Shown: positions 10,111-19,634, numbered from the stretch's first letter. The stretch is 64,000 bases of DNA from an uncultured Eubacteriales bacterium (GCA_949743655.1 CATJUP010000106.1:5389-69388), one strand, 5' to 3'. Made by a program: numbers and translations. The notes: generated from the letters alone by a model not told the origin.

Positions 10111-11394
10111 ATGGCGATGAGCGACACTATGCTCGTAAATTCAATGCTAAATGTGGCTAAAACAGCTAACGCGTCTAAACCAAGCACAAAAAGTGATAGT
10201 AAAGACTTTAAAGACGTGTTACAGAAAGAAAGCCAAAACATTGACAAAAATGATGTTTCAGAAAACACTATTAAAGATAACAACCAAGACAATCAGCAAA
10301 AAACTGATGGCGCAAAAGACACAGACAACAAAGACAATACAAGTGATGTTGAAAACACAAAAAAACCAGGTGACTCAACAGAAAATACAAAACCTGTTAT
10401 GTCAGACAATGTTATTGAAAGCCAAATGGCTTTAAGCGGGCTTTTGGCACAAAATATTATTGTTGTTGATGTGGATACTCCTGTAAATGTTTCTGCTGTT
10501 GAGAAAAATACAGTTGAAGATGTTGTAATGCCAGTTTATGTTGATACAAACTCGGTTGAAACTGCACCTAAAACGGATTTTGTTCAGGTAGAGACAAAAC
10601 AAACTCAAAATGCGCAGACTGAAAATGTTGTTTTAAGTGGCGATTTAGTTCAAACAGCTAAACAAGACAATTTAAACAAATCAGAATTTAAAACGAATAA
10701 CAACACTGATGTTGATACTAAACAAAATACTGCTGAAACTACAATAAAGGATATTAATGTTGTTGACACTAAAAGCGACATAAACTCAAACACAACCAAC
10801 ACAAATACTACAGACGCAAAAGACACTCAAAACAGCGAAAAAAGTGCTTTTGAGGGTAAAGAAGTAGTTTTTGAAAATGCTGATGAAATGGCTAAAGACA
10901 AAAACACTTTAAACACAACTAATTTTGAATTTGATTTGCAGACAGTGCAAAATTACAATGGCAAAGATATAGTTAGTGTTAAAGTAGCTGATAAACTTCC
11001 GGTTGAGAATGAAAATATGGTTGAAATTTTAGCCGACAAAATAACAATGAGTGGTAAAAATGAGTTTGATTTACAGCTTGAGCCAGAGAATTTAGGTAAG
11101 ATACATATAAAACTTATATTCGATAAAGGTGAGACAAAACTGTCTATATTCTGCACAAACACTAAAGCTAACGAGCTCTTATCCGGTCATGCAGACCGTT
11201 TGGCGGCTATGCTTGAAAACCGCACAGGCAACTCAACAGTTGTTCAGGTACGTCAAGAAGAACAGCAGTTTTATCGTCAGGACTACAATGGCGAAGGCAG
11301 AAACGGACAAAACCAAAGTGAGCACAACGAAAAACGTAAAAAGAAAGACGAAAATATTGATTTTATAAATCAACTACGTTTAGGGCTTGTTTAA
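10111..11394 (+). CDS. fliK: Flagellar hook-length control protein FliK
   Basis: Low-complexity Thr/Asn/Asp-rich ruler region plus C-terminal Flg_hook/T3S4-type domain (LQLEPENLGKIHIKLIFDKGETKLSIF...); ATG 10111 follows AAGGAGG. Confidence 0.85.
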   Translation: MAMSDTMLVNSMLNVAKTANASKPSTKSDSKDFKDVLQKESQNIDKNDVSENTIKDNNQDNQQKTDGAKDTDNKDNTSDVENTKKPGDSTENTKPVMSDNVIESQMALSGLLAQNIIVVDVDTPVNVSAVEKNTVEDVVMPVYVDTNSVETAPKTDFVQVETKQTQNAQTENVVLSGDLVQTAKQDNLNKSEFKTNNNTDVDTKQNTAETTIKDINVVDTKSDINSNTTNTNTTDAKDTQNSEKSAFEGKEVVFENADEMAKDKNTLNTTNFEFDLQTVQNYNGKDIVSVKVADKLPVENENMVEILADKITMSGKNEFDLQLEPENLGKIHIKLIFDKGETKLSIFCTNTKANELLSGHADRLAAMLENRTGNSTVVQVRQEEQQFYRQDYNGEGRNGQNQSEHNEKRKKKDENIDFINQLRLGLV

Positions 11395-11417
11395 AAAAAT
11401 GACAGGAGGTGTGTATA

Positions 11418-11906
11418 TTGGCAGGTGAGGTAAACCGTTTTGAAAATTCGGTGGCTTTAAGACCTTTAACGTATAAAACGCCAACAACACTTAAACGCAA
11501 TGTGTCAAGCAGCCTTGATTTGGAAAGTTTTTTGCAGCTTATGGCAGCGCAGTTACAAAACCAAGACCCTTTAAATCCTACAAGCAATGAGGACTACATG
11601 ATGCAGTTAGCCCAAATGACAGTTGTAGAGGCTATGACAAACATGACACAGGTGTCTTTAAGCACTTATGCGGCATCTATGGTAGGCAAAGAGGTTACAT
11701 TGGCTGAATACGACAAAAACGGAAATATGAAACAGGTTACCGGCACAGTTACAGGTGTAACCATATATAATAATGACCCTGTAATTTATGTAGGTGACAA
11801 GGCTTATAGTTTAGACCAGCTTATAGCGGTTGGAACACTTCCAAAAGACACTGAAGACAGTGGAAATACAGGAGATAATGGAAACACTGATACTGATAAA
11901 GAGTAA
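11418..11906 (+). CDS. flgD: Flagellar hook assembly/capping protein FlgD
   Basis: LDLESFLQLMAAQLQNQDPLNPTSNEDYMMQLAQMT motif; start uncertain (TTG 11418 after AGGAGG, or GTG 11409). Confidence 0.9.
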   Translation: MAGEVNRFENSVALRPLTYKTPTTLKRNVSSSLDLESFLQLMAAQLQNQDPLNPTSNEDYMMQLAQMTVVEAMTNMTQVSLSTYAASMVGKEVTLAEYDKNGNMKQVTGTVTGVTIYNNDPVIYVGDKAYSLDQLIAVGTLPKDTEDSGNTGDNGNTDTDKE

Positions 11907-11924
11907 TTAGTGGAGGTGATAGCC

Positions 11925-12308
11925 GTGATAGAAAATATTAATGATTTAAAAATTCGTCAAATCCAGACAGGACAGCCGGTTTTATCACCAGGATATAAAG
12001 ACACACAGAAAAATGGATTTGGCGATATAATGGCGCGAACTATTGAGGAGTCAAAAGAACTTCATTTTTCTAAGCACTCCAAAGAGAGAATAGCGCAAAG
12101 GGGAATTGAAATGACAGACACGCTTTTAACAAGGCTTAACACAGCGGCTAACAGCGCCAGACAAAAAGGCGCTAAAGACGTGGTTGTGATAGGTCCTGAT
12201 GCGGCGTTTATAGTAAATATCCCAAATAATGTTGTTGTTACAGCTATTAACGGCAATGAGTTAAAAAGCAATGTGTTTACTAATATAGATAGCGCCGTAC
12301 TTTTATAA
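11925..12308 (+). CDS. Flagellar operon protein of the TIGR02530-like family (function unknown)
   Basis: Small protein between flgD and flgE with FSKHSKERIAQRGIEMT.. as in Firmicute flagellar operons; GTG 11925 after GGAGGTG. Confidence 0.6.
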   Translation: MIENINDLKIRQIQTGQPVLSPGYKDTQKNGFGDIMARTIEESKELHFSKHSKERIAQRGIEMTDTLLTRLNTAANSARQKGAKDVVVIGPDAAFIVNIPNNVVVTAINGNELKSNVFTNIDSAVLL

Positions 12309-12331
12309 GCTGGACTCAATAAGAGAAGCTT

Positions 12332-12360
12332 TGGGGTTCGTTCTGAAGAAATAAACCCCA
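12332..12360 (+). other. Intercistronic hairpin upstream of flgE
   Basis: TGGGGTT(12332-12338)/AACCCCA(12354-12360), 15-nt loop, no clean T-run. Confidence 0.35.
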
Positions 12361-12392
12361 TGTACGGCATTTTGTGGAGAGGAGAATAAGAA

Positions 12393-13424
12393 ATGATAAG
12401 GTCAATGTTTTCCGGTGTGGCAGGCTTACGTACTCACCAGAGCAAAATGGACGTAATAGGTAATAATATAGCTAACGTAAATACAGCAGGTTTTAAAGCT
12501 GGAAGGGCTGTTTTTCAAGAGTCGATATATCAAACAACAAAAAAAGCAAGTGCGGGAAATGACGTATATGGCGGTTCTAACCCAAGCCAGGTAGGTTATG
12601 GAAGCCAATTAGCATCAATAGACGTAAACCACGGCACAAGCAATTATGAGCCTACAGGTTATGGAACAGACTGTATGATTGACGGTGGCGGATATTTTCT
12701 TGTAGGTCCTAAAGTAAGCGCCGATGGAGGCGCTGGCGGCGGACAGGGCGGAGGAGGAGTAAACAACACTCCTAATGTTGCCGGCGGTCAAGGCAACACA
12801 GTGGGAGTAACAAGCCTTTATCTTACAAGAGTAGGTAAATTTAGTTTTGACGGAAACGGCTATTTGGTAGACGCAAATAAAAATTTTGTTTATGGTTTTA
12901 GACCAGATGAGGCTGTAGCTGGAACTACAGATATTATGGGAGATGACGGTTTAGGTGAGCCTGATGTAGACGCGGGTGGTTCTCAGACATATGGAGAACT
13001 TAAACCTATACGTATATGCGCGGCAGATGACCACGCTATTGATGATGAGACACCAGCTAATGATCTTATGACACTTTCTGATATATCTATTGACGAAAAT
13101 GGTGTTGTAAGCGGCACAGGTCCTGACGGACAGGTATACAAACTTGGAATTGTGGCTGTTGCCAATGTGCCTAACCCTAACGCTCTTGAGAAAGCTGGAA
13201 ACTCATATTACAAGGCTAAAGATAACACAGGTGATGTTGTAGGATTTGTACCAGGATATGGAACAACAGGTCTTCTTATGTCTAACGGTCTTGAAATGGC
13301 TAATGTAGACCTTGCCACAGAGTTTTCAAATATGATTACAACACAAAGAGGTTTTCAGGCTAACTCTAAAATAATTACTGTCTCAGACCAAATGCTTGAG
13401 GAACTTATAAACATGAAGAGATAA
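12393..13424 (+). CDS. flgE: Flagellar hook protein FlgE (short form with Gly-rich insert)
   Basis: MIRSMFSGVAGLRTHQSKMDVIGNNIANVNTAGFK N-terminus and C-terminal LATEFSNMITTQRGFQANSKIITVSDQMLEELINM. Confidence 0.95.
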   Translation: MIRSMFSGVAGLRTHQSKMDVIGNNIANVNTAGFKAGRAVFQESIYQTTKKASAGNDVYGGSNPSQVGYGSQLASIDVNHGTSNYEPTGYGTDCMIDGGGYFLVGPKVSADGGAGGGQGGGGVNNTPNVAGGQGNTVGVTSLYLTRVGKFSFDGNGYLVDANKNFVYGFRPDEAVAGTTDIMGDDGLGEPDVDAGGSQTYGELKPIRICAADDHAIDDETPANDLMTLSDISIDENGVVSGTGPDGQVYKLGIVAVANVPNPNALEKAGNSYYKAKDNTGDVVGFVPGYGTTGLLMSNGLEMANVDLATEFSNMITTQRGFQANSKIITVSDQMLEELINMKR

Positions 13425-13436
13425 TTAACGGGAAAC

Positions 13437-13468
13437 TGCCCCGGTTTTCTTAAATGAAAAGCGGGGCA
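13437..13468 (+). other. Stable hairpin immediately 3' of flgE (putative mRNA stabiliser/partial terminator)
   Basis: TGCCCCG-G-TTTTC ... GAAAA-G-CGGGGCA (one G/G mismatch); no T-run follows. Confidence 0.4.
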
Positions 13469-13510
13469 AAGTACCCAAAGTTTTAAATTTTTTTGGGGAG
13501 AGTAGTGGAA

Positions 13511-13735
13511 ATGATAAAACTAAACAGGCTTAATGGAGAGTCGTTTGTGTTAAACTGCAAGCAAATTGAATATATAGAGTCTATGGCTGACACAAAAGTG
13601 ACAATGATGAATAAAGAATTCTTTTTAGTTACGAACACTGTTGATGAAATTATAGATAAAATAATAGAATATAACGCTAAAATTTATGACATGCACAATC
13701 GTATAATTGTAATTGACCCACAAAAAAGCGAATAA
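13511..13735 (+). CDS. flbD: Flagellar protein FlbD
   Basis: MIKLNRLNGESFVLNCKQIEYIES.. typical FlbD; ATG 13511 after GGGGAGAG. Confidence 0.88.
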   Translation: MIKLNRLNGESFVLNCKQIEYIESMADTKVTMMNKEFFLVTNTVDEIIDKIIEYNAKIYDMHNRIIVIDPQKSE

Positions 13736-13789
13736 AAGATTAACAAAACAATTTATTGGAGATATTAAAATTAGTAGAGGATTTGGATT

Positions 13790-14632
13790 ATGGATACTAC
13801 GACAATAATAGGTGTTATACTTGGAACAATTTTAATGGTTTTTGGTGTAATTTTTGACCAAGCCACAATGTCTGTCAACCCAACAAAATTATTTAATTTT
13901 ATTGATGTACCAAGTCTTATAATAACAGTTGGCGGTACAATAGCGGCAGTAATAGCGTCTTATCCGGCAAGCTCTCTAAAACAAATACCAAAACATTTAA
14001 AAATAATGCTTAACAGCAAATCTTACGACCCAATGGTATATGTTGATAAGTTAGTTGAGTTTGCTCAAATAGCAAGAAAAAATGGACTGTTGTCTCTTGA
14101 AGAAAAAGTGGCGGCAGAGACAGACCCATTTTTTAAACAAAGCGTAATGCTTATTGTAGATGCTACAGACCCAGATAAAGTTCAGGCAATGCTTAATACA
14201 GACCTTGACTATTTAGCGGACAGACACAGTGAGACAGTGGGTATGTATGAAAAGGCTTCGGCTACAGCACCGGCTTTTGGTATGATAGGTACGTTGATTG
14301 GTCTTGTTAATATGCTTAAAAGTATGGATGTTGAAGGAGAGGGAGGAGCCTCAAACCTTGGACCAAGTATGTCTGTTGCGCTTATAACAACACTTTATGG
14401 ATGTATTTTGGCAAACCTTATATTTTCTCCTATAGCTAAAAAACTTAGTATAAGAAACGATGAAGAATATTTATGCAAACAGATAATTATTGAGGGTGTG
14501 TTATCTATACAAGCAGGCGAGAACCCTAAGTTTATGAAAGAAAAACTCATTTCGTACCTCTCTCAAAGAGAAAGAGAAAATGCTGTTGGTGGCGGCGGCA
14601 AAAAAGAGTCTAAAGGAAAAAAGAAAAAATAA
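13790..14632 (+). CDS. motA: Flagellar stator protein MotA
   Basis: 4 TM MotA/TolQ/ExbB channel family (PAFGMIGTLIGLVNML; LYGCILANLIFSPIAKKL). Confidence 0.95.
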   Translation: MDTTTIIGVILGTILMVFGVIFDQATMSVNPTKLFNFIDVPSLIITVGGTIAAVIASYPASSLKQIPKHLKIMLNSKSYDPMVYVDKLVEFAQIARKNGLLSLEEKVAAETDPFFKQSVMLIVDATDPDKVQAMLNTDLDYLADRHSETVGMYEKASATAPAFGMIGTLIGLVNMLKSMDVEGEGGASNLGPSMSVALITTLYGCILANLIFSPIAKKLSIRNDEEYLCKQIIIEGVLSIQAGENPKFMKEKLISYLSQRERENAVGGGGKKESKGKKKK

Positions 14633-14680
14633 AAATAGATACTAAAAACTTATAAATGACGTTAGGGATGTGTTTTTGTT

Positions 14681-15442
14681 ATGGCAGGAAAAAAGAAAAA
14701 AAGCGGCGGTGGCGGCGCTAACTGGATGGATACATACGGTGATATGGTAACGCTTCTGTTATGTTTTTTTGTGCTTTTATATTCTATGTCAACTATTGAT
14801 GTTCAAAAATGGGAAATACTTGTAAAAAGTTTTAACCCGGATGTGAAAGAGACATCTCAAATAGTAGTAGAGCAAAAAGAAAAAGCGGAAGACTACGACG
14901 TTACAGGACAGCCGCCGGAACATTTAGACCAGTTTGATGAATTATATTATACTCTTCAGCAATATATACAAGAAAATAATTTCGAGTCGCAGATAGAATT
15001 ATCAAAAGGCGATGGATTTACATTTATAACTTTTAAAGACAATGTGTTTTTTGATGGAAACAGCTATGTGCTTAAAGATGAAGGAAAAAAAATACTTGAT
15101 GATTTTTCGGGAGCGTTAGCTGACGCTAAAGAATCTATACAGGAGTTACAAGTGTTTGGTCATACTTCTCAGGCACTACCAGACCAGCCAAATGAACCTG
15201 TAAGCGATAGGTTTTTATCATCAAACCGCGCTAACGAGGTTTTACTTTATATACAGCTTAAAAATATATTAGACCCCTCAAAAATGATAGCAAGCGGCTT
15301 TGGTCAATTTAGACCTATAAGCTCTTTTGACACAACCGAAAGCCGCGCGCGCAACAGACGTGTTGAAATATTACTTACAAAAACAGACAGCGTTGTAAAA
15401 TCACTTGATGAATATTATAAAGAAGCTAAAATAATTGAATAA
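14681..15442 (+). CDS. motB: Flagellar stator protein MotB (OmpA-like C-terminus)
   Basis: WMDTYGDMVTLLLCFFVLLYSMS plug/TM with conserved Asp; C-terminal OmpA-like NRRVEILL. Confidence 0.93.
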   Translation: MAGKKKKSGGGGANWMDTYGDMVTLLLCFFVLLYSMSTIDVQKWEILVKSFNPDVKETSQIVVEQKEKAEDYDVTGQPPEHLDQFDELYYTLQQYIQENNFESQIELSKGDGFTFITFKDNVFFDGNSYVLKDEGKKILDDFSGALADAKESIQELQVFGHTSQALPDQPNEPVSDRFLSSNRANEVLLYIQLKNILDPSKMIASGFGQFRPISSFDTTESRARNRRVEILLTKTDSVVKSLDEYYKEAKIIE

Positions 15443-15524
15443 AATTAATGTAATATTCTTCGGTTTGTTGTATAATGTTTTGTATACTTAAAAATTTGGG
15501 GCGAAAGGGGGTAGATTTAAAAAG

Positions 15525-16505
15525 ATGCCGGAAGTATTAACACAAAGTCAGATAGACGCCCTTATAAAGTCAATGAACAGCGGCGAAACGGTAGAAGAAC
15601 AACCAGAAAAAGAAGAAAAGAAGTATAAAAAATACGACTTTTACAGTCCTAAAAAGTTTACAAAAGATAAACTTAAACTTTTATTTGGAATATATGAAAA
15701 CTACGCGAGACAATGTACATCAAGAATAAATAACCTTGTAAGAATGTCAAGCAATGTTGAGGTATTAACAGTTGAGGAACAAAGATATTATGAGTTTAGC
15801 AATGCTCTTGATGAAAATGATGTGCTTACGTTAGTTAATGTTACACTTCCGAATGGCATTACAAATGGACCTGTTATACTTCACTCTACAAACCAGGTAA
15901 TTCTTTGTATGATTGATAGAATGATAGGCGGAACTGGAGATGACTTTGACGACATACCTGTTTCTTATGTTTATACAGATATAGAAATATCACTATATAA
16001 AAACATAGTAAATTATCTTGTATCAATAATGGGTGATGGATGGGTTAATTATTTAAAGCTGGATTTTGAGCTTGATAAAATTGAAACAAACCCAGGAATG
16101 ATGCAAAAAATTGGCAGGGATGAAACAATAGTTATAGTTGTTTTGAATGTAGAAATTGGAAGAATGAAGGGCAAAATAAATATTTGCCTTCCTGGCAATT
16201 TGTTAGTAAGTATATTCCATATACTTGAAGAAGAGCCAGAAGAAAAGAATGATGAAGAAATAACAGAGCAAATATTTAGTGGTATCAAAAGCACGCCAAT
16301 GGAAATTAAGGCGGAGCTTGGAGAATCCATGCTTATGCTTAAAGATTTATTTAATCTTCAAGTTGGAGATGTTATAAACTTAAATAAGCCAAAAGACTCA
16401 GATGTTTTTCTTTATATTGAGGGCAAACCTTGGTTCAAGGGAGAACTTGGCAAAAATAATAAAAACATGGCTATAAAAATAAACGAAATTTGTGAAAAAA
16501 AATAG
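15525..16505 (+). CDS. fliM: Flagellar motor switch protein FliM
   Basis: N-terminal CheY-P docking peptide LTQSQIDALI, CheC-like middle domain, C-terminal SpoA-like domain. Confidence 0.95.
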   Translation: MPEVLTQSQIDALIKSMNSGETVEEQPEKEEKKYKKYDFYSPKKFTKDKLKLLFGIYENYARQCTSRINNLVRMSSNVEVLTVEEQRYYEFSNALDENDVLTLVNVTLPNGITNGPVILHSTNQVILCMIDRMIGGTGDDFDDIPVSYVYTDIEISLYKNIVNYLVSIMGDGWVNYLKLDFELDKIETNPGMMQKIGRDETIVIVVLNVEIGRMKGKINICLPGNLLVSIFHILEEEPEEKNDEEITEQIFSGIKSTPMEIKAELGESMLMLKDLFNLQVGDVINLNKPKDSDVFLYIEGKPWFKGELGKNNKNMAIKINEICEKK

Positions 16506-16532
16506 TTTCATCAATAAGGAGAATGGAATAAC

Positions 16533-17900
16533 ATGGATTCAAAATTTTTTAACTCTATGGAGATAGACGCCATAGGCGAGATACTTAATATATCTCTTGG
16601 CGCTTCGGCTACCGCTGTCTCTACCTTACTTGGAAAGAGAGTTGATATAACCACTCCTGATGTAAAGGTTGCCTCTTTTGATGAATTTAACTATGAGGAA
16701 TTAGAGCCGGCAGTAGGAGTTGAGATAACATACGTGTCAGGTTTAAGCGGAAGTAACATAATGCTGCTTAAACGTAATGATGTAAGGCTCATAGTTGGCT
16801 TGCTTATGGGCATTGATATGCCAGAGGAAGAGTTTGAGTTAAATGAGATAAACATGAGCGCCGTATGTGAGGTTATGAACCAGATGATGGGCGCGTCTTC
16901 AACAGCCCTGTCTGAGTTTTTAAACGATGTGGTTAATATATCAACACCTAAAGCGTTTGAAGTAGTTGAAGTAAACAAATTTAAAGAAAAATGCTTTAAT
17001 GGTCAAGAAAATATGGTTGTAGTTGACTTTCAATTAAAAATTGAGGATATGGTTGAAAGCCGATTTATGAACCTTATGCCTATAAACTTGGCAAAAAAAC
17101 TTATATCATCATTTGGTTTAAGTGATTATGCTGTAGAAGAGCAAGCACCAGAGCCACAGCCAGAAATACAGGCAGAGCCAAGCTCCTCAAAAATGCTAAG
17201 TCAGGAGGAAATAGAAAAATTAATAAGTGGTGATACGCCGCCAGAGCCGCCAAAACCAGAAAGCTCCTCAAAAACATTAAGTCAAGAAGAAATAGAAAAA
17301 TTAATAAGCGGCAACACACAATCAGCGCCGCCACCACAGCCAGAAAGTTCCTCAAAACAGCTTAGTCAAGAAGAAATAGAGAAGTTAGTAAATGGCAGCG
17401 CGGCACAAACACCACCGCCGCCACAGCCACAGCCTATGCCTCAGCCAATACCACCACAGCCACAGCCTATGCCAATGCCTGACGGTGCGGGGATGTATTA
17501 TGGTCAAATGCCATATATGAACCCTATGTACGCTGTACCGCCGCCACAGCCAGCAGCGCCTAAAATGATTAATGCGCAGCCTTTAAACCCACAGCAGTTT
17601 GTTGCGCCAGAAAGTATGGGTGAAGAACAGGCTGAAAACCTTGCGCTTATAATGGATGTGCCTTTGGAAATATCGGTTGAAATCGGCAGAACAAAGAGAA
17701 TGATTAAAGAAATATTAGAGTTTTCGGAAGGTTCGCTTATTGTGCTTGATAAACTTGCGGGAGACCAAGTTGACATTTATGCAAATGGTCAGTGCATAGC
17801 TAAAGGTGATGTTGTTGTGGTTGATGACAGTTTTGGTGTTAGAATTACCGAAATTGTTAAACGACCTGATATTTTTAATACTAATAAAAATAATGTGTAA
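16533..17900 (+). CDS. fliY: Flagellar switch protein/CheY-P phosphatase FliY (CheC-like domain + repeat linker + FliN domain)
   Basis: Both D/S-x3-E-x2-N-x22-P motifs are present (DAIGEILN..x22..P and SAVCEVMN..x22..P); C-terminal FliN/SpoA domain LEISVEIGRTKRMIKEILEFSEGSLIVLDK. Confidence 0.92.
   Translation: MDSKFFNSMEIDAIGEILNISLGASATAVSTLLGKRVDITTPDVKVASFDEFNYEELEPAVGVEITYVSGLSGSNIMLLKRNDVRLIVGLLMGIDMPEEEFELNEINMSAVCEVMNQMMGASSTALSEFLNDVVNISTPKAFEVVEVNKFKEKCFNGQENMVVVDFQLKIEDMVESRFMNLMPINLAKKLISSFGLSDYAVEEQAPEPQPEIQAEPSSSKMLSQEEIEKLISGDTPPEPPKPESSSKTLSQEEIEKLISGNTQSAPPPQPESSSKQLSQEEIEKLVNGSAAQTPPPPQPQPMPQPIPPQPQPMPMPDGAGMYYGQMPYMNPMYAVPPPQPAAPKMINAQPLNPQQFVAPESMGEEQAENLALIMDVPLEISVEIGRTKRMIKEILEFSEGSLIVLDKLAGDQVDIYANGQCIAKGDVVVVDDSFGVRITEIVKRPDIFNTNKNNV
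17181..17432 (+). repeat. Three tandem ~81-87-nt coding repeats inside fliY (SSSKxLSQEEIEKL[IV][SN]G + Pro-rich tail)
   Basis: Units start at 17181, 17262 and 17346; peptide units SSSKMLSQEEIEKLISGDTPPEPPKPE / SSSKTLSQEEIEKLISGNTQSAPPPQPE / SSSKQLSQEEIEKLVNGSAAQTPPPPQPQ. Confidence 0.9.
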
Positions 17901-17925
17901 ACAAGATAAAGGAAGGTAGATAAAA

Positions 17926-18285
17926 ATGGCAAAAATTTTATTAGTTGACGATGCGGCTTTTATGAGAATGATGGAAAAAGACGCTCTTACAAAAAATGGC
18001 TATACAGAAATATTTGAAGCAAGTGACGGTGCACAGGCTGTTGAGAAATTTGAGGAGTTAAAACCAGACCTTGTTATAATGGATATAACAATGCCTAATA
18101 TGGACGGTCTTGAGGCGCTTAAAGCTATTAAGGGAAAACATCCAGAGGCTACTGTTGTTATGTGTTCGGCTATGGGTCAGGAAGCAATGGTTATAGATGC
18201 TTTAAAATCAGGCGCAAAATACTTTATAGTAAAACCTTTTAAACCAGATAGACTTCTTAAAACAGTAACTACATTGCTTGGTTAA
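17926..18285 (+). CDS. cheY: Chemotaxis response regulator CheY
   Basis: 119-aa stand-alone receiver: LVDD..., VIMDITMPNMDG, CSAMG, VKPF. Confidence 0.95.
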   Translation: MAKILLVDDAAFMRMMEKDALTKNGYTEIFEASDGAQAVEKFEELKPDLVIMDITMPNMDGLEALKAIKGKHPEATVVMCSAMGQEAMVIDALKSGAKYFIVKPFKPDRLLKTVTTLLG

Positions 18286-18298
18286 TACTTAAAAGGGC

Positions 18299-18655
18299 GT
18301 GATTGAAATTCTTGGTGAATTGCTTACCCTTTTAGGAGTTATTGTGGCTGTTATAGGGGTGCTTACGCTAAGTTATGTTGTTTCAAAAAGAATAGGTCAA
18401 GGCATGATGGGCTCTTACGGTCCTTCGGGAATGAAAGTTGTAAGTAGGCTTGTAGTAGGACAAGATAAAAGTATTGTTATTATTAATATAGGCGCTAAAT
18501 TTTATCTTATAGGCATATCAAACGATAACATAAATCTTTTGCGTGAGATACCGCCTGAGGATATAAAAGATATACCGTCTGAGGGCAATAAAATATCAGA
18601 GGGACTACCGCAGTTTAAGGATTTTTTTTCTGATATATTGAGAAAAAAACATTGA
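18299..18655 (+). CDS. fliO: Flagellar biosynthesis protein FliO (FliZ of B. subtilis)
   Basis: Single N-terminal TM, then VVSRLVVGQDKSIVIINIGAKFYLIGIS; position before fliP; GTG start. Confidence 0.75.
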   Translation: MIEILGELLTLLGVIVAVIGVLTLSYVVSKRIGQGMMGSYGPSGMKVVSRLVVGQDKSIVIINIGAKFYLIGISNDNINLLREIPPEDIKDIPSEGNKISEGLPQFKDFFSDILRKKH

Positions 18656-18677
18656 CATTTGTTTTGGAGTGAGTTTA

Positions 18678-19334
18678 ATGAGTGACGCTATGGTCAATAT
18701 TAATGGCAGCAATGTTCAAACCCTTGAGTTGTTTTTTATACTTACGGTAATGATGCTGTTGCCGTCTATAATAATAATGACAACGTCTTTTACAAGAATA
18801 GTAATTGTACTTTCATTTACCAGAAGTGCTATAGGAACACAGCAGACACCGCCTAACACTGTTTTAATAGGTATAGCGTTGTTTTTAACAATGTTTATAA
18901 TGTCGCCTGTTATTGATGATATTAATCAACAGGCTTATGTGCCATATAAAAATGAGGAAATTGACCAAAGAGAGGCTTTAACAAGGGCATCGGTGCCGTT
19001 AAGAAATTTTATGCTTAGAAACACCGAAAATGAGGCACTAAATATGTTTTTAGACTTTGCTGATGAAGATATGCCTGAAAATACTGATGAGCTGCCTATG
19101 AGAATAGTTATACCATCTTTTATAACAAGTGAGTTAAAAAGAGCTTTTGTTATAGGTTTTTTGCTTTTTATACCATTTTTGCTTATAGATATTGTAGTCT
19201 CAAGCGCGCTTATGTCTATGGGTATGATTATGTTGCCTCCAGCTACTATATCGCTGCCGTTTAAACTTTTACTGTTTGTAACGGTTGACGGATGGCAATT
19301 ATTGTTTTCTGCCATTGTTAGGGGCTTTAACTAA
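18678..19334 (+). CDS. fliP: Flagellar export apparatus protein FliP
   Basis: TTSFTRIVIVLSFTRSAIGTQQTPPN.. hallmark; ATG 18678 after GGAG. Confidence 0.95.
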   Translation: MSDAMVNINGSNVQTLELFFILTVMMLLPSIIIMTTSFTRIVIVLSFTRSAIGTQQTPPNTVLIGIALFLTMFIMSPVIDDINQQAYVPYKNEEIDQREALTRASVPLRNFMLRNTENEALNMFLDFADEDMPENTDELPMRIVIPSFITSELKRAFVIGFLLFIPFLLIDIVVSSALMSMGMIMLPPATISLPFKLLLFVTVDGWQLLFSAIVRGFN

Positions 19335-19355
19335 TTAAGCGGGAGGAAAAGTATA

Positions 19356-19616
19356 ATGACTAATACGCAGGTACTTGATATTATGCGCTCCGCTGTTATG
19401 GTTGGTGTTAAACTAAGTGCGCCTATACTGCTTTTAAGTATGGCTGTAGGTATATTAATATCAATACTTCAGGCAGCCACACAAATACATGAGCAGACAA
19501 TAACTTTTGTGCCTAAGCTAATTGTTATTGTGGCGGTATTGCTTATAGGCGGTTCATGGATGCTTAATGTAATGCAGGATTTTACGGTAGAGCTTTTTGT
19601 GATTATGCAGGGCTAA
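19356..19616 (+). CDS. fliQ: Flagellar export apparatus protein FliQ
   Basis: 86 aa, 2 TM, SILQAATQIHEQTITFVPKL motif. Confidence 0.95.
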   Translation: MTNTQVLDIMRSAVMVGVKLSAPILLLSMAVGILISILQAATQIHEQTITFVPKLIVIVAVLLIGGSWMLNVMQDFTVELFVIMQG

Positions 19617-19634
19617 AAATTAAGGAGTATTTTT

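Noticed and set aside
14575-14730. Mirror-like Gly/Lys tracts at the MotA C-terminus (GGGGKKESKGKKKK) and the MotB N-terminus (MAGKKKKSGGGG)
   Set aside because: These are compositionally simple purine-rich codon runs. They are not inverted repeats at the DNA level, and no function can be argued from sequence alone.
15471-15476. A perfect TATAAT between motB and fliM, as a possible internal promoter
   Set aside because: No acceptable -35 hexamer lies at a 16-18 nt spacing and no TGn extended -10 is in register. A single hexamer in AT-rich DNA is not enough to call a promoter.
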